Source: an uncultured bacterium (GTDB taxonomy: Bacteria > Bacteroidota > Bacteroidia > Bacteroidales > Bacteroidaceae). Taken from it: DNA of 64,000 nt. This document shows, in pieces, positions 36,542 through 45,689 of the stretch. Every line of letters starts with the position of its first letter. The stretch's first letter is position 1. Position numbers and translations under genes: made by a program. The stretch lies in contig CAJMSE010000013.1 of assembly GCA_905216025.1 (NCBI GenBank), positions 15,195 through 79,194 on the forward strand, written 5' to 3'. Below the pieces are notes generated by a model, which worked only from the letters and a program-made list of their open reading frames with translations, was not told the origin of the DNA and did not search any database.

Positions 36542-36590
36542 ATTGCATTAAACGCTTTAACCGGCTGTTTGATGCAATTTTTCTTTTTAC
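36542..36590 (+). terminator. candidate terminator after tRNA-Ser
   Basis: 7-bp stem attgcat/atgcaat with a 23-nt loop, followed by ttttcttttt. Confidence 0.4.
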
Positions 36591-36662
36591 CTGTTGAGGT
36601 GTTTCCGACTGCCACTTCCGGATCCGTAGAAAATCCGTGGAGACCGGATTTAGGTGTAGGTA

Positions 36663-36799
36663 TAGGGCCTTGTCTTTGTCCTCAGCCCGCGAGGGCTTGT
36701 TCACGTGCAGCTTGATAGTCATGTTTTTATAGTCAACGATATTCTTTTCCCATCCGAAAGCCCTTGCGGGCTGCGGCCAAAGACAAGACTCAGGCCCTA
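36663..36799. repeat. imperfect ~36-bp inverted repeat pair flanking a 59-bp spacer (MITE-like or large hairpin)
   Basis: The left arm is tagggccttgtctttgtcctcagcccgcgagggctt. The right arm is aagcccttgcgggctgcggccaaagacaagactcaggcccta. Paired blocks are 7 bp, 9 bp and 15 bp, with one 6-nt bulge. Confidence 0.6.
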
Positions 36800-36837
36800 C
36801 AAAGCTGATGATATTATTAATAAAACGTATGCAACGC

Positions 36838-37078
36838 CTTTTTTGATAGCTCTCAAAGACGTTTGGCTTAGCTGTCAAAAACACTTTTGATAGCTAAGCA
36901 CAAACTCATTTGAAAGCACGCACAATACATCGGCGGGCACTCCGATGCACCGTCAAAAGCTGCTTATTACACCATCAAAAACTGCTTATTGCATCATCAC
37001 GAGTACCTTATTGCAATTCATGGATTCCTCTGCGTAACTCATAGAAGCCTCATTGCATCATCAATGCAGCCTCGGCAG
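36838..37078 (-). repeat. dispersed intergenic repeat, copy 3 of 4 (inverted orientation, longest subrepeat array)
   Basis: The reverse complement contains GCTTTCAAATGAGTTTGTGCTTAGCTATCAAAAGTGTTTTTGACAGCTAAGCCAAACGTCTTTGAGAGCTATC. The plus strand at 36945-37077 shows about six ~21-bp degenerate units (caccgtcaaaagctgcttatta / caccatcaaaaactgcttattg / catcatcacgagtaccttattg ...). Confidence 0.85.
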
Positions 37079-37283
37079 ATTTACAATCCGCCGCCATGGG
37101 TTACATAATTTTGAGGCTTTCGCCTGCCGGGAGAGTCTAAACTGCCCAATATCTATATTGCTTCGGGCAATAAAGCATGAAGAAAATGGCTTTTTTCCCC
37201 TTTATTATCGCTTTTTTATCCGTTTTTTCTGAAAATATGTTTTTAAACATATAAATTAATTTGCAGATATGTGAAAAAACATT

Positions 37284-37291
37284 TAACTTTG
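37284..37291 (+). promoter_or_regulatory. orphan -7-like box TAACTTTG with no downstream ORF
   Basis: Exact TAnnTTTG match in an AT-rich gene-free region, about 60 nt upstream of the hairpin at 37347-37390. Confidence 0.25.
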
Positions 37292-37346
37292 CTGCTGTTA
37301 TCCTGAATACAATCTTTTTACCTTAAAAGGGCTAATACCTATTGAG

Positions 37347-37390
37347 GAAAATGCCTCTCACTGTGAAGCGGGAGGCATTTTATTTTATAT
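37347..37390. terminator. bidirectional terminator hairpin, most simply the mltG terminator
   Basis: The stem is gaaaatgcctc/gaggcattttc-like (aaaatgcctc ... gaggcatttt). It is followed by attttat on the plus strand and by a U-run from the stem base on the minus strand. It lies 50-90 nt downstream of the mltG stop (37440). Confidence 0.6.
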
Positions 37391-37439
37391 CACCCGGCCG
37401 GCGTCATGGTCATGACGGTATGCCGTTTATCCTATAGGT

Positions 37440-38465
37440 TTATTTTATTCCCCGCTCGTTCAGTGCCTTCGTGTATCTTGCCGCGTTGCGCAGGTGTTCC
37501 TGATAGGTCACGGCGAAGTTGTGCGTACCCGAGAAATCCTCCTTTGCGCACATGTATAGGTAGTCGTGTTCGGTGCGGTTCAGCACGGCGTCGATGCCTG
37601 CAATAGATGCCACCTTGATGGGACCGGGAGGCAGTCCGGTGTTCTTGTATGTGTTGTACGGGCTGTCTATGTGCAGCAGTTTGTTGTAGATGCGCCTCAG
37701 TCCGAAGTCCTGCCATGCGAACTTTATCGTCGGGTCGGCCTGCAGCGGCATGCCCGTCTTCAGGCGGTTGCAGTACATTCCCGCCACCATGGGTTTCTCT
37801 CCGTTGTTTGCCGTCTCTTCATCCACTATGCTCGCCAGCGTCGCCACCTCTACGGGAGTCATGCCTATGGCCTTTGCCTTAGCAGTGCGCTCCCCGTTCC
37901 AGAAAGCGTCGTGCTCCTTTTTCATGCGTTTCAAAAACCTGTCTATGCTCACATTCCAGTATATGTCGTATGTGTTCGGGATAAACATCGATACTATCGT
38001 GGCCGTGTCGTAACCCAGGCTGTTGCATACGGTCTGGTCTTTCAGTGCCCCGGCAATGGCCGTGCTGTCGAGCATCAGTTTTCTTGCAAGTGCCCCGGCC
38101 AGCCTGTCCACGGTCCGCACCTCAGGTATGGTCAGGCTCACCGGTGTCTGCCGTCCGCTTTTCAGATTTCTGAACACCGTGAAGATGCTCTCGTCCGGAT
38201 TTATCTCATAGCGTCCTGAGCGCACGGCATCTTGATAGCCGCTGTGCCTTGCCAGCGTCTTGAATCCGGCGATGGATGCCGACGATGCCGTCGGCCTGAG
38301 CTTAGCACACACGGAGTCGAGGTCGTCATCGGCGTCGATATATACATACTCAACCCCGGCAGACGAGGAAAATGACGACAGCAGGAAATAACATATAAGT
38401 CCGATGATAAGCAGCAAGCAGCCACCCGCAGTATAAAGATAGATCTTTGATTTTATAAATTTCAT
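37440..38465 (-). CDS. mltG: endolytic murein transglycosylase (YceG family)
   Basis: 341 aa. N-terminal TM segment and YceG-like core (EVATLASIVDEET, LPPGPI). Confidence 0.85.
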   Translation of the reverse strand: MKFIKSKIYLYTAGGCLLLIIGLICYFLLSSFSSSAGVEYVYIDADDDLDSVCAKLRPTASSASIAGFKTLARHSGYQDAVRSGRYEINPDESIFTVFRNLKSGRQTPVSLTIPEVRTVDRLAGALARKLMLDSTAIAGALKDQTVCNSLGYDTATIVSMFIPNTYDIYWNVSIDRFLKRMKKEHDAFWNGERTAKAKAIGMTPVEVATLASIVDEETANNGEKPMVAGMYCNRLKTGMPLQADPTIKFAWQDFGLRRIYNKLLHIDSPYNTYKNTGLPPGPIKVASIAGIDAVLNRTEHDYLYMCAKEDFSGTHNFAVTYQEHLRNAARYTKALNERGIK

Positions 38466-38488
38466 TTCATCTCGATTAAAAAACAGCG

Positions 38489-38496
38489 CAAAGGTA
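38489..38496 (-). promoter_or_regulatory. -7 promoter box TACCTTTG for mltG
   Basis: Plus strand reads caaaggta, 24 nt upstream of ATG 38465. Confidence 0.45.
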
Positions 38497-38540
38497 CACC
38501 ATTTTCCAGTAACGGAGAAATGTTTTCGTTTATTTTTTAC

Positions 38541-38548
38541 TACCTTTG
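38541..38548 (+). promoter_or_regulatory. -7 promoter box TACCTTTG for malQ
   Basis: Exact TAnnTTTG match 44 nt upstream of ATG 38592. Confidence 0.45.
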
Positions 38549-38591
38549 CATAAGTGAGACCATGACCGGTTAACGGTAAACAAACAGGAAA

Positions 38592-41288
38592 ATGAAGTTA
38601 AGATTCAGCATCATATACAGGACTGCATGGGGCGAGAACGTGCATGTGGCCATCGAATATATCAGCAGGGACGGCACACGGAAGAGTCATGATCTGCCGA
38701 TGAATACGGAAGACGGACAGCTGTGGACGCTGGAGACCGTGGCGATAGAGTCGAGGCACCACCCTCTGGCAGCGTTCAGATATTGCTATCAGGTAAAGGA
38801 CGGCAACGGCAAGGTGCTGCGCCGCGAATGGGATTTTGTTCCGCGCTTATTGCCTTTCGACCCGACGAGAAACTACGTGATACCCGACGAGTGGCGTGAT
38901 ATACCTTTACAGCATCATTTATTCACAAACGCTTGCGTCACAACAAATTATGGACATCGTAACGAAGAGGTGCATCCGCTCCCTCTTCCGATGTACAGGC
39001 GCACCATTGTATTCCGCGTTGCGGCCCCTCAGCTCAGGCCAGGGCTGGTGCTTGCGCTCTGCGGCAGCCATCCGGCAATGGGTGGATGGAACGAGTCGAG
39101 GTATCTCAAGATGCAGTATGCCGGAATGAAGACATGGATGCTTTCTGTCAATGTGGTGGGCGTGTCGTTCCCGATAGAATATAAATATGTGGCCGTAAAT
39201 GAGCAGACGGGCAACCTTCAGGCATGGGAGGAAGGTGAAAACAGGAAGGTCGGCGTGAGTGGCATGCCCGATGGCCAGGTGCTCGTGCTTGACGGCGGCA
39301 TGCTCCGGATGAGGGAAGAGATATGGAGGGCGGCAGGATTCGTGGTTCCCGTCTTCTCGCTGCGCAGCAGTCACTCTTTCGGCGTGGGCGACTTCGGCGA
39401 CCTGAAACGGGCTGTAGACTGGGCCGTGGCCACGGGAATGAAAGTCATACAGACTCTGCCGGTGAACGACACGACGAAAGGGCAGGGGTGGGACGACTCC
39501 TATCCGTATAACGCCATCTCGGTATACGCCCTGCATCCGCACTATATTGACCTTGAGGCGGCCGGACTGTTGGAAAGTTCCGGCCGGACCACCGCCTGCA
39601 ACAGGCAGCGTCAGGAACTGAACGCGCCGGCCAGCAGCGACTACGAGGCTGTGGACCGGGTAAAGACAGCATACACGCGGATGCTCTGGTCGGAACATGG
39701 CGAGGCCGTGCAGAAGACCATGAGCTACCGTGAGTTCGTCAGCCGCAACGAATTCTGGCTCATGCCTTACGCGGCATTCTGTTCGTTGCGCGATACGTTC
39801 CATACGGCTCGCTTCAGTGAATGGGGAGACTACGCCACGTACGACAGCGTGAAGATACGCGGTTACTGCAACGCTCACAGCGATGAGATACATTATATAT
39901 ATTATGTGCAGTATATCCTTCATGTGCAGCTTAAGGAGGCGAGCGACTATGCCCGCCGCAACGGCGTGGTACTGAAGGGGGACATCCCGATATGCGTATG
40001 CCGCGACAGTGTGGAGGCATGGATGCAGCCCGGATATTTCAACCTCGACTCACAGACGGGCGCTCCGCCTGATTACTTCTCGCAGAACGGGCAGAACTGG
40101 GGCTTCCCGACATACAACTGGGACGCCATGACGGCCGACGGGTGCAGCTGGTGGCGGAGCCGCTTCATGCATATGGAGCAGTATTTCGATGCATTCAGGA
40201 TAGACCACGTGCTGGGATTCTTCCGCATCTGGGAAATACCGGGGCACGCCGTGCACGGTCTGCTCGGCCACTTCTATCCGTCGCTGCCGCTCACGGTGGC
40301 CGAGATAGAACTGTCAGGGCTCAAGTTTCACAAGGAACTTTACACGTATCCGTTTATAAATGACAATGTTATCAGCCGCTTGTTCGGCATGCACTCGGCC
40401 TACGTCAAGGAGCATTTTCTCGACCGTGGAGAGTATGGAATGTACCGGATGAAGGCCGGTTTCGACACGCAGCGCAAGGTGCAGGCCTTCTTTGAGGGCA
40501 AGCGCGACGAGAGCAGCATTTGGATTCGCGACGGCTTATACCGCCTGCTGAGCAACGTCCTGTTCCTTGAAGACCCGCGGCAGCCCGGCATGTACCATCC
40601 GCGCATAAACGTATACAAGGAACCTGTGTTCGATGCGCTGTCGGTAGAGGATAGGGAAGCCTACATGAAGATATACAACAACTATTTCTATCACCGCCAC
40701 AACAGCTTCTGGGGAGCCGAAGCCATGAGGCGTCTGCCCATGGTGCTGCACGGAACCCGGATGCTGGCCTGCGCCGAAGATCTCGGCATGCTCCCCGACT
40801 GCGTTGAGCCGGTGCTTGACAGCATGCGTATACAGACTTTGGAAATACAGACGATGCCGAAGAAGAGCGGTTACGACTTTGCCCATCTCGACGCCAATCC
40901 ATACAGGAGCGTGGCAACGTTCTCCACCCACGACATGCCGCCGCTGCGGCTTTGGTGGGAGGAGTCGCCTGAGCGGGCACAGCTCTATTACACCACGATG
41001 ATGCAGAAAGAAGGACGCGCACCGGAGCATCTGCCGGCACATCTGGCCGAGGAAATCATCGCGCGTCATCTGTATTGCCCGTCGATGATGTGCCTGCTGT
41101 CTCTGCAAGACTGGCTTGCGATGGATGCCGAACTGCGCTCCGACGACATACGGAGCGAGCGCATAAACGTTCCGAGCGACATACATAACCGCTGGAAATA
41201 CAGGATGCACCTGACGATAGAAGACCTGCTGAAGGCAGACAGGTTCAACCAGAAAGTGAAGACAATGATAAAGAGAAGCAAAAGATGA
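38592..41288 (+). CDS. malQ: 4-alpha-glucanotransferase (GH77) with N-terminal CBM20-like starch-binding modules
   Basis: 898 aa. GH77 motifs IDHVLGFFRIW, LKGDIPICV and ACAEDLGMLP. The N-terminal ~250 aa has a beta-sandwich, CBM20-like pattern repeated twice. Confidence 0.85.
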   Translation: MKLRFSIIYRTAWGENVHVAIEYISRDGTRKSHDLPMNTEDGQLWTLETVAIESRHHPLAAFRYCYQVKDGNGKVLRREWDFVPRLLPFDPTRNYVIPDEWRDIPLQHHLFTNACVTTNYGHRNEEVHPLPLPMYRRTIVFRVAAPQLRPGLVLALCGSHPAMGGWNESRYLKMQYAGMKTWMLSVNVVGVSFPIEYKYVAVNEQTGNLQAWEEGENRKVGVSGMPDGQVLVLDGGMLRMREEIWRAAGFVVPVFSLRSSHSFGVGDFGDLKRAVDWAVATGMKVIQTLPVNDTTKGQGWDDSYPYNAISVYALHPHYIDLEAAGLLESSGRTTACNRQRQELNAPASSDYEAVDRVKTAYTRMLWSEHGEAVQKTMSYREFVSRNEFWLMPYAAFCSLRDTFHTARFSEWGDYATYDSVKIRGYCNAHSDEIHYIYYVQYILHVQLKEASDYARRNGVVLKGDIPICVCRDSVEAWMQPGYFNLDSQTGAPPDYFSQNGQNWGFPTYNWDAMTADGCSWWRSRFMHMEQYFDAFRIDHVLGFFRIWEIPGHAVHGLLGHFYPSLPLTVAEIELSGLKFHKELYTYPFINDNVISRLFGMHSAYVKEHFLDRGEYGMYRMKAGFDTQRKVQAFFEGKRDESSIWIRDGLYRLLSNVLFLEDPRQPGMYHPRINVYKEPVFDALSVEDREAYMKIYNNYFYHRHNSFWGAEAMRRLPMVLHGTRMLACAEDLGMLPDCVEPVLDSMRIQTLEIQTMPKKSGYDFAHLDANPYRSVATFSTHDMPPLRLWWEESPERAQLYYTTMMQKEGRAPEHLPAHLAEEIIARHLYCPSMMCLLSLQDWLAMDAELRSDDIRSERINVPSDIHNRWKYRMHLTIEDLLKADRFNQKVKTMIKRSKR

Positions 41289-41926
41289 AAGAGTACGCTA
41301 CATACATATTCGACCTTGACGGGACGTTGCTCAACACACTGACCGACCTTGCCGGGGCAACGAACCATGCCCTGCGCACCCACGGCATGCCCGTGCATAC
41401 GGAAGAGGCCGTGCGGGGATTCGTCGGCAACGGCGTTAAGAAGTTGATTGAGCGTGCCGTGCCCGGCGGAGAGGCAAACCCGGCTTTTGAAGAGGTTTAC
41501 CGCACGTTCCGCGAATACTACCTTGAGCATTCGCTCGACAATACAAAGCCATACCCCGGAATCATGGACATGCTTGCGGAGCTGAAGGTACGGGGAAGGA
41601 AGATGGCTGTGGTCAGCAACAAGTTCTGCACCGCAACCGAAGAGCTGTGCCGCCATTTCTTCGGCGACTACATCACCGTGGCAATCGGCGAGCGCGAGGG
41701 CATACGGCGCAAGCCGTGGCCCGACACCGTGATAGAGGCGATGAACCGGCTCGGCACCGGCCGTGAGGGCACCGTATATATAGGCGACAGCGACGTCGAC
41801 ATAGCGACAGCACGCAACAGCGGTCTCCCGTGCATCAGCGTGCTGTGGGGGTTCCGCGGCCGGGAGTTTCTCGTGGAGCATGGAGGCACGGTGTTCATAT
41901 CCGAGCCCCGCGAACTGCTATATTAG
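41285..41926 (+). CDS. HAD-superfamily hydrolase (phosphoglycolate phosphatase-like)
   Basis: Motif I YIFDLDGTLLNT, then VVSNK and YIGDSDVDI. The start overlaps the malQ stop (ATGA). Confidence 0.8.
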   Translation: MKEYATYIFDLDGTLLNTLTDLAGATNHALRTHGMPVHTEEAVRGFVGNGVKKLIERAVPGGEANPAFEEVYRTFREYYLEHSLDNTKPYPGIMDMLAELKVRGRKMAVVSNKFCTATEELCRHFFGDYITVAIGEREGIRRKPWPDTVIEAMNRLGTGREGTVYIGDSDVDIATARNSGLPCISVLWGFRGREFLVEHGGTVFISEPRELLY

Positions 41927-42628
41927 CGTGTGGCGGTCGAGATATTCCTGCACGGCATCCTTGTAGCTTTCTGATATCGGCAGGAACGTACTCCCAAAGA
42001 CGATGCGGTTGCGGTCGATGGCGCTTATCCGGCTCATGTGCACGATGTATGAACGGTGCGTGCGCATGAACTCCGGGTGGGGCATGCGGTCTTCGAGGTT
42101 TCTCATGTTCAGGAGAGACATTATCTTCCCGCCATCGGCAAGGTATATCCTGACATAGTCTTTCTGCCCCTCGATGTAGAGAATGTCGTCGAACGATATT
42201 CTCAGCAGTTTGTAGTCGCTCTTTATCATCAGGAATCTTCCGTTGCCGTCGGCCTCCGGCCTGCGTGTCGCCGTGAACCAGTCGAGCGCCTTGTTTGCTG
42301 CGGCGAGGAACTCTCCGTAGCTGAACGGCTTTAGCAGATAGTCGATGGCATTCACCTTATAGCCCTCTATGGCATACTGGCTGAATGCCGTGGTGAATAT
42401 CACCTTGGTCTCCTTTGGCAGTATCTTGGCGAATTCCGTCCCGCTGAGTTCAGGCATCTGTATGTCGAGGAATATGAGGTCGGCAGGCGTCTCCCTTATG
42501 TCCTTCATTGCACTGATGGCGCTGTGGTACACTCCGGTGAGCCTGAGAAACGGCGTTTTGCGGGCATATCCGGCGATAAGTTCGGCTGCCAGCGGCTCGT
42601 CATCTATCACAATGCAGTTTAGTGTCAT
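41918..42628 (-). CDS. LytR/AlgR-family response regulator (REC + LytTR DNA-binding domain)
   Basis: CIVIDDEP and DLIFLDIQMPELSG in the REC domain. C-terminal LytTR-type region (FMRTHRSYIVH). Confidence 0.85.
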   Translation of the reverse strand: MTLNCIVIDDEPLAAELIAGYARKTPFLRLTGVYHSAISAMKDIRETPADLIFLDIQMPELSGTEFAKILPKETKVIFTTAFSQYAIEGYKVNAIDYLLKPFSYGEFLAAANKALDWFTATRRPEADGNGRFLMIKSDYKLLRISFDDILYIEGQKDYVRIYLADGGKIMSLLNMRNLEDRMPHPEFMRTHRSYIVHMSRISAIDRNRIVFGSTFLPISESYKDAVQEYLDRHTLI

Positions 42629-43658
42629 ATATGTTTATAGTTGATTTGTATATCGTATTGTCCTTGTCAGTGCCCGTTGTCCATTCATAACATCCGGGAT
42701 AGAGAAGTTCCAGGCGTGCTCTTACCTGCTTGAGTCCTATCCCGTGGCCGCTGTTGTCGTCGGAATTCTTGGGGTGGTTGCTGTTCTCGATTGAGCACGT
42801 GATGCGGTTTTCGTCGGCTTCGAGCCTTATATGGATGAAGCTGCGGCCCGTTGCGCTGACGCCGTGCTTGAACGCATTTTCTACGAGAGATATGAAAATG
42901 AGCGGTGCAATGTGTATATTGCACGGTTCTGGAATCCTTATGTCCGTCCTTATGTCGACCTCATTGGAGAGCCGTATCTTCATCAGGTCTATGTAACTGA
43001 CGAGAAACTCGGTCTCTTTGGCCAGGTTGACGTAAGGCTGCTGGTTGTCGTAGAGCACATGGCGCAGCAGCTTGCTCAGTTCCATGATGGTCTGTTGGGC
43101 GCGCTGTGTGTCAATGGCCGTGAGGGCGTAGATGTTGTTGAGCGTATTGAGCAGGAAGTGGGGGTTTATCTGCGACCTCAGGTTCTTCAGTTCGGCTGCG
43201 GTCCGTGCTGCCTCAGCCTCGCGCCGTGCGGTCTCTGCCGCCTGCCATCTCATTGCCAGATGTATGCCTGTGGCAATGGCAGCGGCAATGGCAAGGTTGA
43301 AGCAGTTTCTTATTATCATGAAGTGAAAGACGAGTTGTTCATGTGGCTGCCGTGCATTGTGATGACTGAATATAGGTCTGTTGTATTCCATCCAGAGATG
43401 CACTCCGATGCCTATGACGATTATTGTCAGCACGTTGACCAGCCAGTAGAGCTTCTTTTCTCCACCAAAGAGAAAGCGGGGAGTGAGCCAGAGATAGTTC
43501 AGGTAGAACAGGACAAACTGTGCCAGCGGGGCTACGCTTATCGCGGCAAACTGCCGCAGGCTCATGCCGTTGCCGCTGTTCATGAACATCAGCGGCGATA
43601 TGAATATTCCAACCCATACCGCTGCGTGGATTATGTATGCCGGTTTTCTTGCATTCAT
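42600..43658 (-). CDS. LytS-like sensor histidine kinase (His_kinase PF06580-type)
   Basis: Multi-TM N-terminus, QINPHFLLNTLNNIYAL H-box and NSGHGIGLKQV ATPase motif. The 3' end overlaps the regulator gene by 29 nt. Confidence 0.85.
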   Translation of the reverse strand: MNARKPAYIIHAAVWVGIFISPLMFMNSGNGMSLRQFAAISVAPLAQFVLFYLNYLWLTPRFLFGGEKKLYWLVNVLTIIVIGIGVHLWMEYNRPIFSHHNARQPHEQLVFHFMIIRNCFNLAIAAAIATGIHLAMRWQAAETARREAEAARTAAELKNLRSQINPHFLLNTLNNIYALTAIDTQRAQQTIMELSKLLRHVLYDNQQPYVNLAKETEFLVSYIDLMKIRLSNEVDIRTDIRIPEPCNIHIAPLIFISLVENAFKHGVSATGRSFIHIRLEADENRITCSIENSNHPKNSDDNSGHGIGLKQVRARLELLYPGCYEWTTGTDKDNTIYKSTINIYDTKLHCDR

Positions 43659-43679
43659 AGTGTGATTGGCGTTTTAATA

Positions 43680-44918
43680 CTATTCATATCTCAATGCTTC
43701 GATGGGGTCGAGGGTGGCTGCCTTCTTTGCCGGGTACCATCCGAAGAATATCCCCGTGAACGTGCAGACAGCAAAACTCATGACTATTGTCCACGGCTGG
43801 ATGGCTATCGGCCAGTGGGCGAACATCTTTATGGCGTATGATGAGCTGATGCCGAGGACGACGCCGATGACTCCTCCCGTGACGCTGAGCAGCACGGCCT
43901 CTATCAGAAACTGGTTGAGAATGTCGGCGCCGCGTGCTCCTACGCTCATGCGCAGTCCTATCTCACGGGTGCGTTCCGTCACGCTGACGTACATGATGTT
44001 CATTATCCCGATGCCGCCGACGATGAGAGAGATTCCCGCCACGCAGCCCAGCAGGATGGTGAGCATGCTCGTCGTGGAGTTCATCATCGAGGCAAGTTCC
44101 TCCTGCGAGCGTATGCTGAAGTCGTCTTCATCTGCCTCACTGCTGTCTGTGGCATCCTTCAGCTTATGGTTATGTCTCAGTATGGCTGTGATTTCATCGG
44201 TTGCCTGCTCGGTCATGCCCTCCGTGACGGCAGAGCATTGTATGCCGTTGAGATATGTCTGCGCCAGTATTCGCTTCATCACGGATGTGTATGGGGCAAG
44301 TACAAGGTCGTCCTGATCCATTCCCATGGAGTTGTAGCCCTTCTTCTTGAGTACTCCTATCACGCGGAATGGGATGGAGTTGAACCTCACAACCTTTCCC
44401 ACTGGGTCGCTCCCGTCCTGGAAGAGATTGTCTACGACGGTCTGTCCGAGGATGCACACCTTGGCGCCCGACCTGATATCGCTGTCTGTGAACATCTCGC
44501 CGTCAGCGACATTGAGTTGCCGTATCTCAAGATAATCCTGGTTGACGCCGTATATTGTGGAGGGCGTGTTCTCATTGCCGTAAATGAACTGGCCGCTGCT
44601 GTTTACCACCGGGCTTATAGCCTTTATGTAGTGGCATCCGTCTTTGATGGCCTCGTAGTCGGCCATCTTGAGTGTTTCCATCGACGATGCGTCCTGTCTG
44701 ACGCCACCGCGGCGGTCGGCTCCGGGGTGTATCATGATCATGTTCGAGCCCATCTCCGCAATGTTGGACTGTATGCTCTGCTTCGTGCCCTGTCCGACGG
44801 CAAGCATCGTTATCACGGAGGCTATGCCGATGATGATTCCGAGAGCCGTGAGGAAGGAGCGGGTCTTGTTGGCGGCGATGGCCCTGACTGCGATTTTAAA
44901 TAGATTGGTATAGTTCAT
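43680..44918 (-). CDS. MacB-type ABC transporter permease (MacB periplasmic domain + FtsX)
   Basis: 412 aa. N-terminal TM segment, large periplasmic domain and three C-terminal TM segments, ending PIEALRYE. Confidence 0.8.
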   Translation of the reverse strand: MNYTNLFKIAVRAIAANKTRSFLTALGIIIGIASVITMLAVGQGTKQSIQSNIAEMGSNMIMIHPGADRRGGVRQDASSMETLKMADYEAIKDGCHYIKAISPVVNSSGQFIYGNENTPSTIYGVNQDYLEIRQLNVADGEMFTDSDIRSGAKVCILGQTVVDNLFQDGSDPVGKVVRFNSIPFRVIGVLKKKGYNSMGMDQDDLVLAPYTSVMKRILAQTYLNGIQCSAVTEGMTEQATDEITAILRHNHKLKDATDSSEADEDDFSIRSQEELASMMNSTTSMLTILLGCVAGISLIVGGIGIMNIMYVSVTERTREIGLRMSVGARGADILNQFLIEAVLLSVTGGVIGVVLGISSSYAIKMFAHWPIAIQPWTIVMSFAVCTFTGIFFGWYPAKKAATLDPIEALRYE

Positions 44919-44924
44919 ATCTTT

Positions 44925-45683
44925 CTACTCGTCTGGGGTTATTGGTAATGCGGCAAGCGCTTCTGCAGCCGACATTATGTTGCTGTTATGCTCGTCGCTG
45001 ATGACGCGGCCGTCGCGCAGCGTTATGTTCCTGCTGGAATAGTTTGCAATGTCCGGGTTGTGGGTGACGAATATGATTGTGCGGCCCTCGGCGTGCAGTT
45101 TCTGGAACAGCACGAGAATCTCGAACGAGGTGCGCGTGTCGAGATTACCGGTTGCTTCGTCGGCCAGTATGACGGCCGGATTGTTCACGAGCGCCCGGGC
45201 TATGGCCACGCGCTGCATCTGTCCGCCGGACATCTGGTTTGACCTGTGGTAGAGCCGGTTGCCGAGTCCAACAGCCTCAAGGGCTTCTATTGCCCTGCGT
45301 TTCCGCTCGGCCGCACTTACCGCTCCGTTATACATCAGCGGCAGTTCCACGTTCTCCACGCTTGTCGTCTTAGCCAGAAGGTTGTAGTTCTGGAAGATGA
45401 AACCTATCTTGCGGTTTCTCAATATTGCCCGTTGGGAGCGCGACATAGTCCTGACCGATACCCCGTCGAGGATATACTCGCCGCTTGAAGGGGTGTCAAG
45501 GCATCCCAGCTGGTTGAGTAGGGTGGACTTTCCTGAGCCAGACTTGCCCATGATGGTGACGAACTCACCCTCGTGTATCTTGAACGAGACACCGCGCAGG
45601 GCATAGACAACCTCGTCGCCGACGGTGAACCGGCGCTTCACGTCCTGGAGCTCGATTACTGTTTTATCTTTGTTTATACTCAT
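44925..45683 (-). CDS. ABC transporter ATP-binding protein (MacB/LolD type)
   Basis: Walker [12 protein letters not shown], signature MSGGQMQRVAIARAL, Walker B ILADEATGNLD. Confidence 0.85.
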   Translation of the reverse strand: MSINKDKTVIELQDVKRRFTVGDEVVYALRGVSFKIHEGEFVTIMGKSGSGKSTLLNQLGCLDTPSSGEYILDGVSVRTMSRSQRAILRNRKIGFIFQNYNLLAKTTSVENVELPLMYNGAVSAAERKRRAIEALEAVGLGNRLYHRSNQMSGGQMQRVAIARALVNNPAVILADEATGNLDTRTSFEILVLFQKLHAEGRTIIFVTHNPDIANYSSRNITLRDGRVISDEHNSNIMSAAEALAALPITPDE

Positions 45684-45689
45684 GTCTCA

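Noticed and set aside
36663-36799. Invertible promoter (inverton) flanked by inverted repeats
   Set aside because: The 59-bp segment between the arms contains no TAnnTTTG box on either strand. There is no adjacent recombinase and no downstream gene to switch.
36429-36884. 151-aa minus-strand ORF
   Set aside because: It overlaps the tRNA-Ser gene, the tRNA terminator and the MITE-like inverted repeat. It has no plausible promoter or protein features.
37284-37390. Small RNA running from the orphan TAACTTTG box to the hairpin at 37347-37390
   Set aside because: The hairpin is symmetric, with A-run and T-run flanks, and is well placed to terminate the convergent mltG gene. A single motif match in AT-rich DNA is weak. 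I keep it only as a low-confidence promoter-like feature.
36449-37439. Integrated mobile element or genomic island at the tRNA-Ser 3' end
   Set aside because: There is no integrase, no direct repeat of the tRNA 3' end downstream, and only ~900 bp of non-coding DNA before the convergent mltG gene. At most this is the scar of small non-autonomous elements.
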